A DNA stretch of 32,000 nucleotides from Thermococcus kodakarensis KOD1 (GCF_000009965.1 NC_006624.1:420001-452000); one strand, 5' to 3'; positions 16,308 to 26,152 are shown, counted from the stretch's first letter. Translations and numbers: made by a program. The notes: generated by a model from the letters alone, not told the origin.

Positions 16308-16789
16308 CAGACGTCCACCAGGAAGCCTATGACGTCTTCACCCTTTACGATGTTGGTGAACGGAAATACTTCTACCTTTCTGAGGCTCGGAAGGGTTCTT
16401 ATCGTATCGTCGACGAACTTCTCTATCTGCTCCTCTGTTTCCCCGCCGATGAGGGCTATAATTCCGTTTCTGCCGCTCCTTGCAACTGCCAGAACGTTCG
16501 GGAGCATTGAGAGTGTTTTTGTGATGTGATTGATGTACTTCTCAAGGAAGTCCTCTATCACGGGAATCTCCGTCTCAATGTACACTGCAACTACGGATTT
16601 TGGCTTCAGCGGCTCTCCAAGGATTATTGTGTACCTATCGATTACACCTTTTTCAATAAGCTTTTTGATTCTAAAGTGGATCGTGGATTCCGGTCTATTT
16701 AACCTCTCTGCTAGCTCTGATATCGTTAGTCGGGCATCTTGTTTTAACAGCTTGAGTATAGCCCTATCAAGGTCGTCCAGCTGTACCAT
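16307..16789 (-). CDS. Lrp/AsnC-family transcriptional regulator
   Basis: [30 protein letters not shown] is an N-terminal helix-turn-helix, followed by a C-terminal RAM-like domain. The start at 16789 overlaps the ubiX 3' end by 23 nt. Confidence 0.85.
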   Translation of the reverse strand: MVQLDDLDRAILKLLKQDARLTISELAERLNRPESTIHFRIKKLIEKGVIDRYTIILGEPLKPKSVVAVYIETEIPVIEDFLEKYINHITKTLSMLPNVLAVARSGRNGIIALIGGETEEQIEKFVDDTIRTLPSLRKVEVFPFTNIVKGEDVIGFLVDV

Positions 16790-17324
16790 GGATCGTCCCC
16801 CAACGTTTGTATAATTCATGAGGTATTCCAAGAATATCTAAGATTCTGCCAATTATAAAGTTTATCATATCATCCACAGTTTTAGGTCTTGTATAAAATC
16901 CAGGGGATGCGGGCATAATCACAGCCCCCGCCCTGGCGGCCTTCATCATGTTTTCAATATGAATCATGTTGAGTGGAGTCTCTCTGACGAGCAGAATCAG
17001 TTTTCGTTTTTCCTTGAGGGCTACATCGGCTGCCCTCGTTATTAAGTTGTCGGCATAGCCGTTGGCTATCGCCGAGAGCGTCTTCATTGAGCAGGGGGCG
17101 ACAACCATGGCATCGAAAGGATGAGAACCTGACGCGACCGGGGCGAATAGGTCTTTTTCGTCATAGTCGGGCTTTAACTTGATTCCAAGCTCGTGATATG
17201 TGACTGCTATTCCTGTCCTTGAAGCAAGAACAACAACCTCATGCCCAAGCTCTTTCAAAACTTCTACCAGCTTCACACCATAAACGGCCCCGCTTGCCCC
17301 CGTTATTGCGACAATGACTTTCAT
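16767..17324 (-). CDS. ubiX: UbiX-type flavin prenyltransferase
   Basis: [16 protein letters not shown]...[28 protein letters not shown]...RETPL is the canonical UbiX/Pad1 sequence. Confidence 0.88.
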   Translation of the reverse strand: MKVIVAITGASGAVYGVKLVEVLKELGHEVVVLASRTGIAVTYHELGIKLKPDYDEKDLFAPVASGSHPFDAMVVAPCSMKTLSAIANGYADNLITRAADVALKEKRKLILLVRETPLNMIHIENMMKAARAGAVIMPASPGFYTRPKTVDDMINFIIGRILDILGIPHELYKRWGTIHGTAGRP

Positions 17325-17415
17325 CCAATCACCTAACGTTCGCTAGGGACGCTTGTTTTAAACTTTTCCGGCAGATTTTTATACTATTTCAGGTTACTAT
17401 CCTCGGTTGAGGGAG

Positions 17416-18216
17416 ATGAGCGAAGTCATAAGAGTGCTTTTAGAGGAGGCAACAAAGGTAGCGGAGAAAATTGGGGCAAAGGCATTGGTCATTATGGAGG
17501 AGCTTCCTGAAGAGGAAATCCCTGACGTTGGCATTACCGTTGTTATAGTTGGCTCTACGTTTGATGTTGAAAAAGATAATGTCAAGAGGATATCAATTCC
17601 CCAGAACCTCGACCTCAACAACCTTCTCAACCTCATTTCGGCTTTTCTGCTTGAGCATGGAATCCTGTCAGAGGGCGACTCATTTGTCTACGTAACGGAG
17701 AACCTGATCGGCGTTCGTACAATAAAGAGGTCAATCGTTGCCATGAAGAGCTTCTTCGCCCAGAACCAGAACGTCCTTCAAAGGATGCTGGAGATTGCGA
17801 TAGAGCTGAGTATAGAGGGGAGAGAGGGAAATCCCGTGGGGACGATATTCGTCATAGGCGACACGAGGAGGGTTCTTAAACATTCGAGACAGCTCATTCC
17901 AAACCCGTTCAAAGGGCACAGGATAAACGTGCTGGACAAGGAGAGCAAGGAAATAATAAAGGAGTTCGCCCAGCTGGACGGAGCTTTTCTCATCAGGGAA
18001 GACGGCAGGATAGTGGCCGCTGGAAGGTATCTTGAGGTAGAGCCGAGGGTTATAGACCTGATGCTTCCCCCCGGGCTGGGAAGCAGGCACATAGCAGCCG
18101 CTGGAATAACAAAGATAACCAGCGCGATGGCAATAAGCCTCTCGGAGAGCGGAACTATAAGGATATTCAAGAACGGGCTGATGCTCCTCGAATACAACCC
18201 GAGACTGAAATACTGA
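17416..18216 (+). CDS. dacZ: DacZ-type diadenylate cyclase (N-terminal pyruvate-kinase-C-like domain plus DAC/DisA_N domain)
   Basis: DAC motifs LDGAFLIREDG, GSRHIAAAG and SESGTIRIF. The N-terminal region EATKVAEKIGAKALVIMEE resembles the PK C-terminal domain fold signature. Confidence 0.8.
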   Translation: MSEVIRVLLEEATKVAEKIGAKALVIMEELPEEEIPDVGITVVIVGSTFDVEKDNVKRISIPQNLDLNNLLNLISAFLLEHGILSEGDSFVYVTENLIGVRTIKRSIVAMKSFFAQNQNVLQRMLEIAIELSIEGREGNPVGTIFVIGDTRRVLKHSRQLIPNPFKGHRINVLDKESKEIIKEFAQLDGAFLIREDGRIVAAGRYLEVEPRVIDLMLPPGLGSRHIAAAGITKITSAMAISLSESGTIRIFKNGLMLLEYNPRLKY

Positions 18217-18228
18217 TAAAAGAAGAGA

Positions 18229-19665
18229 TCAAACGTTGAAGATGCGGATGGTGTTCGTCCCCGCGGTCTTTCCTATGGGCGTTCCCTTCGTCAGAAGTAC
18301 CGTATCGCCCTCATCTACCAGTCCGAGCCCGGTTATCACGCGCAGTATCTCCTCTTCGCTGGTGTCCTCAACGAGGAACGGATAAACGCCGTAGGAGAAC
18401 ATCAGAGTGTTTTTGACCCATTCATCAGTTACAAATGCCAGTACCCACTGCTTTGGCTTAAAACGGGCTATTAGCCTCGCAGTTTGTCCCATCCTGGTCG
18501 GTGTTAGTATGTATTTAATGTCTATGGAGTTCAGGGCCTCTATTATACTCCTCGTTATTGCGTCCTTTATGGTACCCTTTGTCGGCCGTGTACCCCTCAA
18601 CTCACTCATCTTCCATTCGACGGTTCTTTCAGCCCATTTGGAGTCCCTGTATGCCTCGGTAGTCTTCGCTATCCTGGCCATCATTTTGACGGTCTCAACC
18701 GGGTACTTTCCGACCGCCGTCTCCTCGGAGAGCATCACGGCGTCGGTTCCATCAAGGATTGCGTTCGCAACATCGGTGACCTCAGCCCTCGTTGGGAGCT
18801 TCTCGTGGGTCATGCTCTCTAGCATCTGAGTCGCTGTTATCACGGGCTTTCCCGCACAGTTTGCCTTTTGGATAAGCTTTTTCTGGAGAATCGGGAGCTT
18901 TTCTATGGGCATCTCCACTCCGAGGTCTCCCCTGGCTACCATGACCCCGTCCGCCGCCCTGAGAATCTCGTCGAAGTTTCTCACCGCGTCGGGCCTTTCT
19001 ATTTTGGCTATCAGGAACAGCTTGCCGTTCCTTTCCTCGACGAATCGCCTTGCCTTTAGAACGTCGTAGGCGGAACCGACGAAGCTTATGCCGACGGCGT
19101 CAACTCCGTGCTCCAGAGAGAACTCCAGGAATTCTAAATCCTTCTCGGTTATTGCTTCGATAGCCAGGCGAGCCTTGGGAATGTTGATTCCTTTGCGGGA
19201 GAAGAGAGTTCCTCCGACGAGCACCTTACAGATGACATCCTGGTCCCTGACGTCTTCAACCCTTAGCGCTATGAAACCGTCGCTGAGATAGATGACGTCC
19301 CCCTTCGAGACGAGCCTTGGAAAGTCCTTGAACTCAACGGGTATAACGGCCTCGTTGCCGATTACGTCCCTCGTGGTAAGGGTTACCGTCTGCCAGCGTC
19401 TCAGCGTCACTGAGCCGCCCTCAATCTCACCAACGCGGATCTTCACTCCGGGCAGGTCTCCGAGAATTGCAACGGGCCTGTTGAGCCTCTCAGAGACCTT
19501 TCTCACGAGTTTTATCGACTTCTCGTGCTGTTTCAGATCACCGTGGGCGAAGTTTATCCTTGCAACACTCATCCCCGCTCGAACCATTGCCGTTATGGTC
19601 TTTTCGTTGAGAGACGCAGGACCTAGGGTGGCTATTATCTTGGTTTTCTGTCCTGGGAGCCGCAT
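18229..19665 (-). CDS. pyk: Pyruvate kinase
   Basis: KTKIIATLGPAS, MVARGDLGVE and TQMLESM motifs; 478 aa. Confidence 0.92.
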   Translation of the reverse strand: MRLPGQKTKIIATLGPASLNEKTITAMVRAGMSVARINFAHGDLKQHEKSIKLVRKVSERLNRPVAILGDLPGVKIRVGEIEGGSVTLRRWQTVTLTTRDVIGNEAVIPVEFKDFPRLVSKGDVIYLSDGFIALRVEDVRDQDVICKVLVGGTLFSRKGINIPKARLAIEAITEKDLEFLEFSLEHGVDAVGISFVGSAYDVLKARRFVEERNGKLFLIAKIERPDAVRNFDEILRAADGVMVARGDLGVEMPIEKLPILQKKLIQKANCAGKPVITATQMLESMTHEKLPTRAEVTDVANAILDGTDAVMLSEETAVGKYPVETVKMMARIAKTTEAYRDSKWAERTVEWKMSELRGTRPTKGTIKDAITRSIIEALNSIDIKYILTPTRMGQTARLIARFKPKQWVLAFVTDEWVKNTLMFSYGVYPFLVEDTSEEEILRVITGLGLVDEGDTVLLTKGTPIGKTAGTNTIRIFNV

Positions 19666-19702
19666 GATACCACCTAAGAAGAGATTATGGCAACATCTTA
19701 AA

Positions 19703-20410
19703 TTAATCTTTCCCCTTGGTATCTGCTAAAAGGTTCCGTTCAAGCTTCCTGCGGCAAGAGTCGCAGTAGCCCAGAAACCTTGAGTCCCACTCCTCAAGCG
19801 TCTGTGGTGGGTTCATTACACAGTCGTTGGGACAGTGTTCCAGCCCGAAAGAGTGCCCAATCTCGTGGAGCATGCCCTTGATAAGCCGCGTCTTGAACGC
19901 AGGAAGCTCTCTAGAGAGGACTCTCTCCGCTAAGCTCCTTAGGTCATCATCGGCCAGGGGATTATCGAGTATCTTCAGGGCCATCCTCATGGAATCGGAC
20001 TCAAATGGGCGCATGGAGAGGAGCATTACTCTCCTGCCAAGCCTCTCTGTTTGGAATCCCAGAAATTTTTCATAGAATCCAAAGTACTTATCCCTGGAAG
20101 CTAGGGGAAAGCTTGTTATCCCGAATATCTTATTCATGTTGAGCCCGTCGTTCTTTTCAAGTTCTACCTTAAGCCGGTAGTCCATAAAATCCACCAGGAC
20201 GTCTAGCGGGAACAGCCTGACCTTTCCTTCTGGTGTTTCAAGGGTTATTAAGTACCCGGGCTCCAGAATAAGCTTGTCTAAATACACGAGGCGAATAGGA
20301 AGCCTCCACTCCTCTAAGAGCCTGTTTACGTCGTTGTATGCCTCGAAGAGAGCTTCCTCAACCCTTTCGGATACGAAGTTCGAGACGTATGTGAAGCCTA
20401 TGTACTCCAT
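19703..20410 (-). CDS. amzA: Archaemetzincin (zinc metalloprotease AmzA)
   Basis: HEIGHSFGLEHCPNDCVMN...YCDSCRRK matches the HExxHxxGx3Cx4CxMx17CxxC archaemetzincin signature. Confidence 0.85.
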   Translation of the reverse strand: MEYIGFTYVSNFVSERVEEALFEAYNDVNRLLEEWRLPIRLVYLDKLILEPGYLITLETPEGKVRLFPLDVLVDFMDYRLKVELEKNDGLNMNKIFGITSFPLASRDKYFGFYEKFLGFQTERLGRRVMLLSMRPFESDSMRMALKILDNPLADDDLRSLAERVLSRELPAFKTRLIKGMLHEIGHSFGLEHCPNDCVMNPPQTLEEWDSRFLGYCDSCRRKLERNLLADTKGKD

Positions 20411-20506
20411 TTTACTGCCCAGGGGATTTTGGGAGGAGCCTTATAAAGTTTTTAGGGGCGAACCGTGAAATTTTTAAACGACTTCATATAATTCAGCGCG
20501 GGCGAT

Positions 20507-20558
20507 GGCGTCCGCCCGGGGCTTCGAGCCCGAACCGCTCGAAAGGGCTGATGACGCC
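20507..20558 (+). promoter_or_regulatory. GC-rich three-helix structured element in the 5' leader of the gene at 20585
   Basis: P1 is GGCGTC (20507-12) paired with GACGCC (20553-58). P2 is GGGCT-TCG-AGCCC (20519-31). P3 is GCTC-GAAA-GGGC (20537-48) with a GNRA loop. CUGAUGA (20548-54) lies at the junction. The TATA TTTTTAAA is at 20471-78 and the SD GGAGG at 20573-77. Confidence 0.4.
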
Positions 20559-20584
20559 TGTTCTACTCCATAGGAGGCGGTAGA

Positions 20585-21451
20585 ATGGGCTCGAAGCTTG
20601 ATGAGTTTGCACGCTTTGTTGATGTGCACAAAGCACTTGAGTACGTCGAGAAGAGAAGGCACGAAGACGGCGGCTACTGCTTCGTCAGCGTCCTGAACGA
20701 CACCAACGTGAACGACACCTACTATGCAGTCAAGATGTACGACCTGCTCGGCCTCGGAGTCCCTGAGAAGGAGAAGACGATAGAGTTCCTTGAGAGGGCA
20801 ATTCAGCCCCAGACGGCCGTTGTAGCCATAGCAATGGCCCTCGAAGGCCTTGCGATACTTGGAGCGAAGGACATCGCGAGGGAGCACGTGGGCATCGTCT
20901 ATACCAAGTACAACCCCCTCGAAGATAAGTTTGCCGTTGGTCTTGGCGGCAGTGAGGAGTTCGGAACTGCGACGCCCCTTGAGGCAACATACTGGGTCGT
21001 TAAGGCTTTCAAGGCAATTGGACAGCCAATAAGCGAAAAGGAAAGGGAGAAGATACGGGCCTTCGTGATGAGGTTCAGGATGAGAAACGGCTTCGGCGTC
21101 AAGCAGCCGACAACGACGATGACCTATCAGGCCCTCTACACCCTCTACGCGCTTGGTTACCACCCACCCAGAAGTCCTCACTTCCGGAACTGTGAGCTCT
21201 GCGGCGACTGGGGCGGCTTTACGGAGGTTCCGTACAGCCTGCCACCCTATCTTGAGCCGACGTTCTACGCAACAAGGGGGCTTGAGCTCCAGGGAGAGAC
21301 CCTAACCTGCCCGAGGAGGCACATCTGGTTTATCCGCCAGCTTCAAAACTCCAACGGCGGCTTCAGGAGAAGTCTTGAGCTTGGAATTTCAAACTTCCAG
21401 AACACATACAGGGCGCTTGCAGTGGTAGATGCCATGATGAGATATCTGTAA
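20585..21451 (+). CDS. Prenyltransferase / terpene-cyclase-like alpha-alpha toroid repeat protein
   Basis: Repeated RHEDGGYCF and QNSNGGFRR motifs resemble PFTB / squalene-cyclase repeats. Function unknown. Confidence 0.6.
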   Translation: MGSKLDEFARFVDVHKALEYVEKRRHEDGGYCFVSVLNDTNVNDTYYAVKMYDLLGLGVPEKEKTIEFLERAIQPQTAVVAIAMALEGLAILGAKDIAREHVGIVYTKYNPLEDKFAVGLGGSEEFGTATPLEATYWVVKAFKAIGQPISEKEREKIRAFVMRFRMRNGFGVKQPTTTMTYQALYTLYALGYHPPRSPHFRNCELCGDWGGFTEVPYSLPPYLEPTFYATRGLELQGETLTCPRRHIWFIRQLQNSNGGFRRSLELGISNFQNTYRALAVVDAMMRYL

Positions 21452-21517
21452 ATCTTTTAAACAATCCATCCTTTCGAAAGCTCCTGTGTGTAGGACTAAC
21501 GTGCGGGAGGAAGTACC

Positions 21518-22274
<757 letters not shown>

Positions 22275-22364
22275 AGTGCTAATTTTTGGACATTAATCAA
22301 AAACTTAATAAACTCCTAAAGACGATGGCCTTATAAGACTCCATATAATCAGGGGTGGTCATAA

Positions 22365-22880
22365 ATGATGTCCCTTGAATTCGAGGTTCCCCTTGATCTC
22401 CTCAACGATGTCATGGACTTCATCATCGAGGAGGATGCAAAGCTCCAGTGGGTTCGCTACTCAAAGAGAACGAATTCCGTGGTAATAAGGGTTTTAATCT
22501 CCGCCGAGGTTATTGAGCAGTTTCTCCTTAGACTTGCGAGGGTCGTTGGTATTCCCCTCGAAGTTACCATAGTAGAAGAAAAAATCGGTGAAAAGCTGAT
22601 TCACGAGGCGTTTCTGTTTAGTGTTGAGGTCTCCTCTGGCACTTATCCCGTGTTCGTGCTCCTCTACTACAACGTCAGCAAGTTCTATCCCGACAGAATA
22701 GTAGTTGGGACGCTGGCAGATGCCCCCCAGGAGCTCGTGGACGCCGTGTTCTCAAGGACGGTTGGCAAGCTCAGACTCCTGGACACTGAGAAGGCCAAAA
22801 GTACCGTGGAAAACGGGATGCTTTTAATATACCTACGAGCCAACCCGCCCTCGGGACAGCTCGGAGTTAGTTCCGCTTAA
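22365..22880 (+). CDS. Hypothetical protein
   Basis: 171-aa ORF with normal codon and GC composition, GGGGTGG upstream and a TATA CCTTATAAG upstream. I recognise no motif. Confidence 0.6.
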   Translation: MMSLEFEVPLDLLNDVMDFIIEEDAKLQWVRYSKRTNSVVIRVLISAEVIEQFLLRLARVVGIPLEVTIVEEKIGEKLIHEAFLFSVEVSSGTYPVFVLLYYNVSKFYPDRIVVGTLADAPQELVDAVFSRTVGKLRLLDTEKAKSTVENGMLLIYLRANPPSGQLGVSSA

Positions 22881-22937
22881 CTGGTTGTTTTAGGCAAGGT
22901 CTTTAACCCCTTTTTCTAACTACCTACGGTGATTCAG

Positions 22938-24149
22938 ATGCTCCATCACGTCAAGCTTATCTACGCGACCAAGAGCAGGAAGCTTGTTGGGAAGAAGATT
23001 GTGCTGGCTATTCCAGGAAGCATAGCGGCGGTTGAATGCGTTAAGCTGGCCAGGGAGCTGATAAGGCACGGCGCAGAGGTTCACGCGGTAATGAGCGAAA
23101 ACGCCACGAAGATAATTCATCCCTATGCCATGGAGTTCGCGACAGGAAACCCTGTAGTTACTGAAATTACTGGCTTCATCGAGCACGTTGAACTTGCTGG
23201 AGAGCACGAGAACAAAGCCGATCTCGTTCTCGTCTGCCCTGCGACAGCTAACACCATATCAAAGATAGCCTGCGGAATTGACGATACTCCCGTTACAACG
23301 GTCGTGACAACGGCTTTTGCCCACACCCCCATAATGATAGCTCCAGCCATGCACTCAACGATGTACGACCACCCGATAGTTAAGGAAAACATCGAGAAGC
23401 TGAAGAAGCTTGGAGTGGAGTTCATAGAGCCGCGCTTTGAGGAGGGCAAGGCAAAAGTCGCTTCAATAGAGGAAATAGTTTACCGTGTAATCAGGAAGCT
23501 TCATCCCAAGAGCCTCGAAGGAAAGCGCGTCCTCGTCACCGCAGGTGCGACAAGGGAGTACATTGACCCGATCCGCTACATAACCAACGCGAGCAGCGGA
23601 AAAATGGGAGTGGCGATTGCGGAAGAGGCGGAGTTCAGGGGCGCCGAGGTAACGCTCATACGTACCAAGAGCAGCGTTCCGAGCTTCGTGGAGAACCAGA
23701 TAGAGGTAGAGACCGTCGAGGAGATGCTTGAAGCGATAGAGAGTGAGCTGAAGGGCAAAAAGTACGACGTCGTTGTCCTGGCCGCTGCAGTCAGCGACTT
23801 CCGGGTGAAGAACAAAGCGGACGTGAAGATAAAGAGCGGGCAACCGCTCGTTCTCGAGCTTGAGCCGACGCCGAAGATAATAGACCGCGTTAAGGAACTC
23901 CAGCCCGGGGTTTTCCTCGTGGGTTTCAAGGCCGAGACCGGTCTCAGCGAGGAAGAGCTCATCAGCGCCGCCAGGAAGCAGATTGAGCGCGCTGGAAGTG
24001 ACCTGGTTGTAGCAAACACCCTCAAGGCCTTTGGAAGCGAGGAGAACGAGGTTGTCCTGGTCGGAAGGGACTTCGCAAAGAAACTCCCCAGAATGACCAA
24101 GCGCGAGCTGGCGGAGAGGCTCTGGGACGAGATAGAGAAGATGCTTTAG
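22938..24149 (+). CDS. coaBC: Bifunctional phosphopantothenoylcysteine decarboxylase / synthetase (CoaBC, Dfp)
   Basis: N-terminal flavoprotein domain KKIVLAIPGSIAAVE...PATANTISKIA. C-terminal CoaB domain VTAGATREYIDPIRYITNASSGKMG. GGTGAT lies 5 nt upstream of ATG 22938. Confidence 0.9.
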   Translation: MLHHVKLIYATKSRKLVGKKIVLAIPGSIAAVECVKLARELIRHGAEVHAVMSENATKIIHPYAMEFATGNPVVTEITGFIEHVELAGEHENKADLVLVCPATANTISKIACGIDDTPVTTVVTTAFAHTPIMIAPAMHSTMYDHPIVKENIEKLKKLGVEFIEPRFEEGKAKVASIEEIVYRVIRKLHPKSLEGKRVLVTAGATREYIDPIRYITNASSGKMGVAIAEEAEFRGAEVTLIRTKSSVPSFVENQIEVETVEEMLEAIESELKGKKYDVVVLAAAVSDFRVKNKADVKIKSGQPLVLELEPTPKIIDRVKELQPGVFLVGFKAETGLSEEELISAARKQIERAGSDLVVANTLKAFGSEENEVVLVGRDFAKKLPRMTKRELAERLWDEIEKML

Positions 24150-24235
24150 CCCGGTTTTATCTTTTATCGCTTATTCTCAAAACGTGAACGGGAAGTTTTT
24201 TAGCGACACTTCTTGAACTTCCATCGGTGTGTAAA

Positions 24236-24688
24236 ATGAAAGTGGAAATACCTAACTACGGAGAAGTCCAGATAGACTCTGTTATTTTCGACCTCAACGG
24301 CACCCTGGGGGAGAGCGGGAGAGTCGATGAGGAAGTTAAGCACCTCCTTGAGAGGCTGGCGGATAAGTACACCGTCGTCGTGATAAGCTCTGACACCTTT
24401 GGCACGCTGGAAGAAGAGCTTGGAGGTCTTCCAGTACGAATCGCGAGGGCCTCAAACGCCTCTGAAAAGGTCGAGATAGCTAGGGGCTACGCTCCCTATG
24501 CAGCAGTTGGCAACGGAAACAACGACGTTGCTATGCTGGAGGGAGCGGAGCTTACTTTCTGCGTCATTGGGAAGGAAGGGGCTACCGTTGATGCCCTCCT
24601 GGCGAGCGACGTCGTTGTCACCGACGTGAGGGATGCCATAGCGATGCTCCTCGACGAGAAGAAGCTCATCGCGACGCTGAGAGGGTGA
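24236..24688 (+). CDS. Small HAD-superfamily hydrolase (soluble P-type-ATPase-like phosphatase)
   Basis: HAD motif I FDLNGTL and motif IV GNGNNDVAML; about 150 aa. Confidence 0.75.
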   Translation: MKVEIPNYGEVQIDSVIFDLNGTLGESGRVDEEVKHLLERLADKYTVVVISSDTFGTLEEELGGLPVRIARASNASEKVEIARGYAPYAAVGNGNNDVAMLEGAELTFCVIGKEGATVDALLASDVVVTDVRDAIAMLLDEKKLIATLRG

Positions 24689-24699
24689 GGTGATAGCGT

Positions 24700-25317
24700 T
24701 TGGAGTACAAGACGCTGAAGGGCCTCGGCACTGCCCAGCTAATAATCAAGAAGTCCGTCTTCATAGGCTACGCCTCGCCTGCCAGCACTGAGGAGGAGGC
24801 GAAGGAGTTCATAGCGAGGATAAAAGCACACCACAGCGACGCGACGCACAACGTCTCTGCCTATCTCATCAACGACGGAAAGAACTTCGCGGTCAGATAT
24901 GACGACGACGGCGAGCCAAAAGGCTCGGCCGGAAAGCCCGTACTCAAAGTCATCCAGAACAAGGGGCTGAGCAACGTTGTGGTCGTGGTTACGCGCTACT
25001 TCGGCGGGATAAAGCTCGGCTACGGTGGTCTGGTGAAGGCCTACAGCGATGCGGCGAGCTTGGCAATAGAGAACGCAGGAATCGTTGAGGTGCATGAAAC
25101 GGAGCGCTTCGAGGTGACTTTTCCCTACAACCTCTTTCACACAGTCAGGAGCACGATAGAGGAGAACGGCGGCAGGGTTGTGGGAGAGGAGTACGGCGAG
25201 CTTGTAAAGTTCACGGTAGAGACTAGGAAAGGGGAAGCGGAGCCGCTGATGGAGCTTTTAACTGAGAGGACAAGGGGAAGAGTTAGGCTGAGGCCGCTGT
25301 TTATGAGGAGCGTTTAG
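24700..25317 (+). CDS. YigZ / IMPACT-family protein (UPF0029)
   Basis: KKSVFIGYA...HHSDATHNVSAY...DDDGEPKGSAGKPVL...VVVVTRYFGGIKLG is the IMPACT N-terminal signature. The start is TTG, 6 nt after GAGGTGAT. Confidence 0.85.
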   Translation: MEYKTLKGLGTAQLIIKKSVFIGYASPASTEEEAKEFIARIKAHHSDATHNVSAYLINDGKNFAVRYDDDGEPKGSAGKPVLKVIQNKGLSNVVVVVTRYFGGIKLGYGGLVKAYSDAASLAIENAGIVEVHETERFEVTFPYNLFHTVRSTIEENGGRVVGEEYGELVKFTVETRKGEAEPLMELLTERTRGRVRLRPLFMRSV

Positions 25318-26152
25318 ATAGCACTCTCCTAGCTTTGTCCAGGAGGAAGAGGAGGATGGCCAATGTTATCGGTCTCCTCACAGCGTAGAACTGAACACCT
25401 TCTTCCGTTTTTACGGCTTTGAGCTTGTAGAGGTAGGGGTTAACACCCCTGGAGCGCAGGAGCTCCCTTTCGTGCTCTTTGTATGCATGTATAAGATCGT
25501 TCAGCGGATCTCCATTTTTTAAATCTTCCAACATACGTTTTCTGATCTCAATGAACTCCTCGCAGTCGGGGACGGGCTCTCCCTCCTTCAGGTCAAGCAC
25601 ATCAGCTACGAGCTCACGTCTTCCCCCCTCGTCGAGGAGTTCGCATATCCTCCTGACAGACTCCCAGTCCTCTAAATCCTCCGCCTTCCAGTAAAGCCAC
25701 TCGAAGGCATCGTAGCGGTAGGTCCGTTTGTGGATCCTCCTCGTCCACTCGATCCCGAGTCTGAGAGCTATTCTTGCCAGTTCGGGCTCCTTACGCCCCA
25801 GAACTCCCGCGATCCGCCCCAAGATTTCAGCCTTATTATCGGGATCAGGAATGAAGTAATGAAGCTCAAAGGCCTTTTTTGCCCTCTCGGCGCTCTCATC
25901 TTCCCAGAGGTAGACCCAAAACGCCCTGTAAACCGCCCATTCGAAGCCTTCGCCATCGAGGAGGTAAGCCACTCCCAGGGCCTTTTCAAGGTCTCCAGTC
26001 TTGGCGAAGTGCTCCACGGTTTTAACCACATACCATTTCAGCTCTCCGTTCAGCGTATCCTCCGGCAGGGTTTTGAAGAACTCATGAGCCTCATCGAACA
26101 TTCCCGATCTAATAAAGTGTTCGGCCGATTCTGCGGGGTTCTCCGGTTGCAT
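25301..26152 (-). CDS. Alpha-helical (TPR-like) hypothetical protein
   Basis: TPR-like helix pairs AEHFIRSGMFDEAHEFF and FAKTGDLEKALGVAY. I prefer ATG 26152 because the TATA AAATTTTTAAAC (26174-26185) sits immediately upstream of the alternative TTG at 26173. Confidence 0.65.
   Translation of the reverse strand: MQPENPAESAEHFIRSGMFDEAHEFFKTLPEDTLNGELKWYVVKTVEHFAKTGDLEKALGVAYLLDGEGFEWAVYRAFWVYLWEDESAERAKKAFELHYFIPDPDNKAEILGRIAGVLGRKEPELARIALRLGIEWTRRIHKRTYRYDAFEWLYWKAEDLEDWESVRRICELLDEGGRRELVADVLDLKEGEPVPDCEEFIEIRKRMLEDLKNGDPLNDLIHAYKEHERELLRSRGVNPYLYKLKAVKTEEGVQFYAVRRPITLAILLFLLDKARRVLSKRSS

Noticed and set aside
16790-16831. Longer Lrp start at 16831 ([14 protein letters not shown]...), and similarly the upstream GTG/TTG starts of the track ORFs at 22929, 24227, 17407, 14537 and 21861
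   Set aside because: In each case an internal ATG is better placed behind a GGTGA/GGAGG site and gives the canonical family N-terminus. For Lrp this is [15 protein letters not shown]. The extensions overlap upstream genes or promoters.
20507-20590. Hammerhead ribozyme suggested by CUGAUGA plus GAAA near three helices
   Set aside because: The order of elements does not fit any hammerhead permutation. No GAAA directly follows the helix after CUGAUGA. The GAAA that is present is a tetraloop capping P3, not the core G12-A14.
20474-21181. Long antisense ORFs: 20474-21181, 6901-7623, 3142-3738, 11508-12017, 23576-24100, 27620-27994, 31022-31571 and similar
   Set aside because: Each lies entirely opposite a well-supported gene with clear family motifs. 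They have Arg/Ser/Pro/Leu-rich shadow-frame composition and no start-site signals. These are typical antisense open frames of moderately GC-rich coding DNA.
21452-21517. Possible fluoride (crcB-motif) riboswitch upstream of crcB
   Set aside because: The 66-nt upstream region is AATCTTTTAAACAATCCATCCTTTCGAAAGCTCCTGTGTGTAGGACTAACGTGCGGGAGGAAGTACC. It has none of the conserved crcB-motif pseudoknot elements and is too short and AT-rich to hold them. It looks like an ordinary promoter plus SD.
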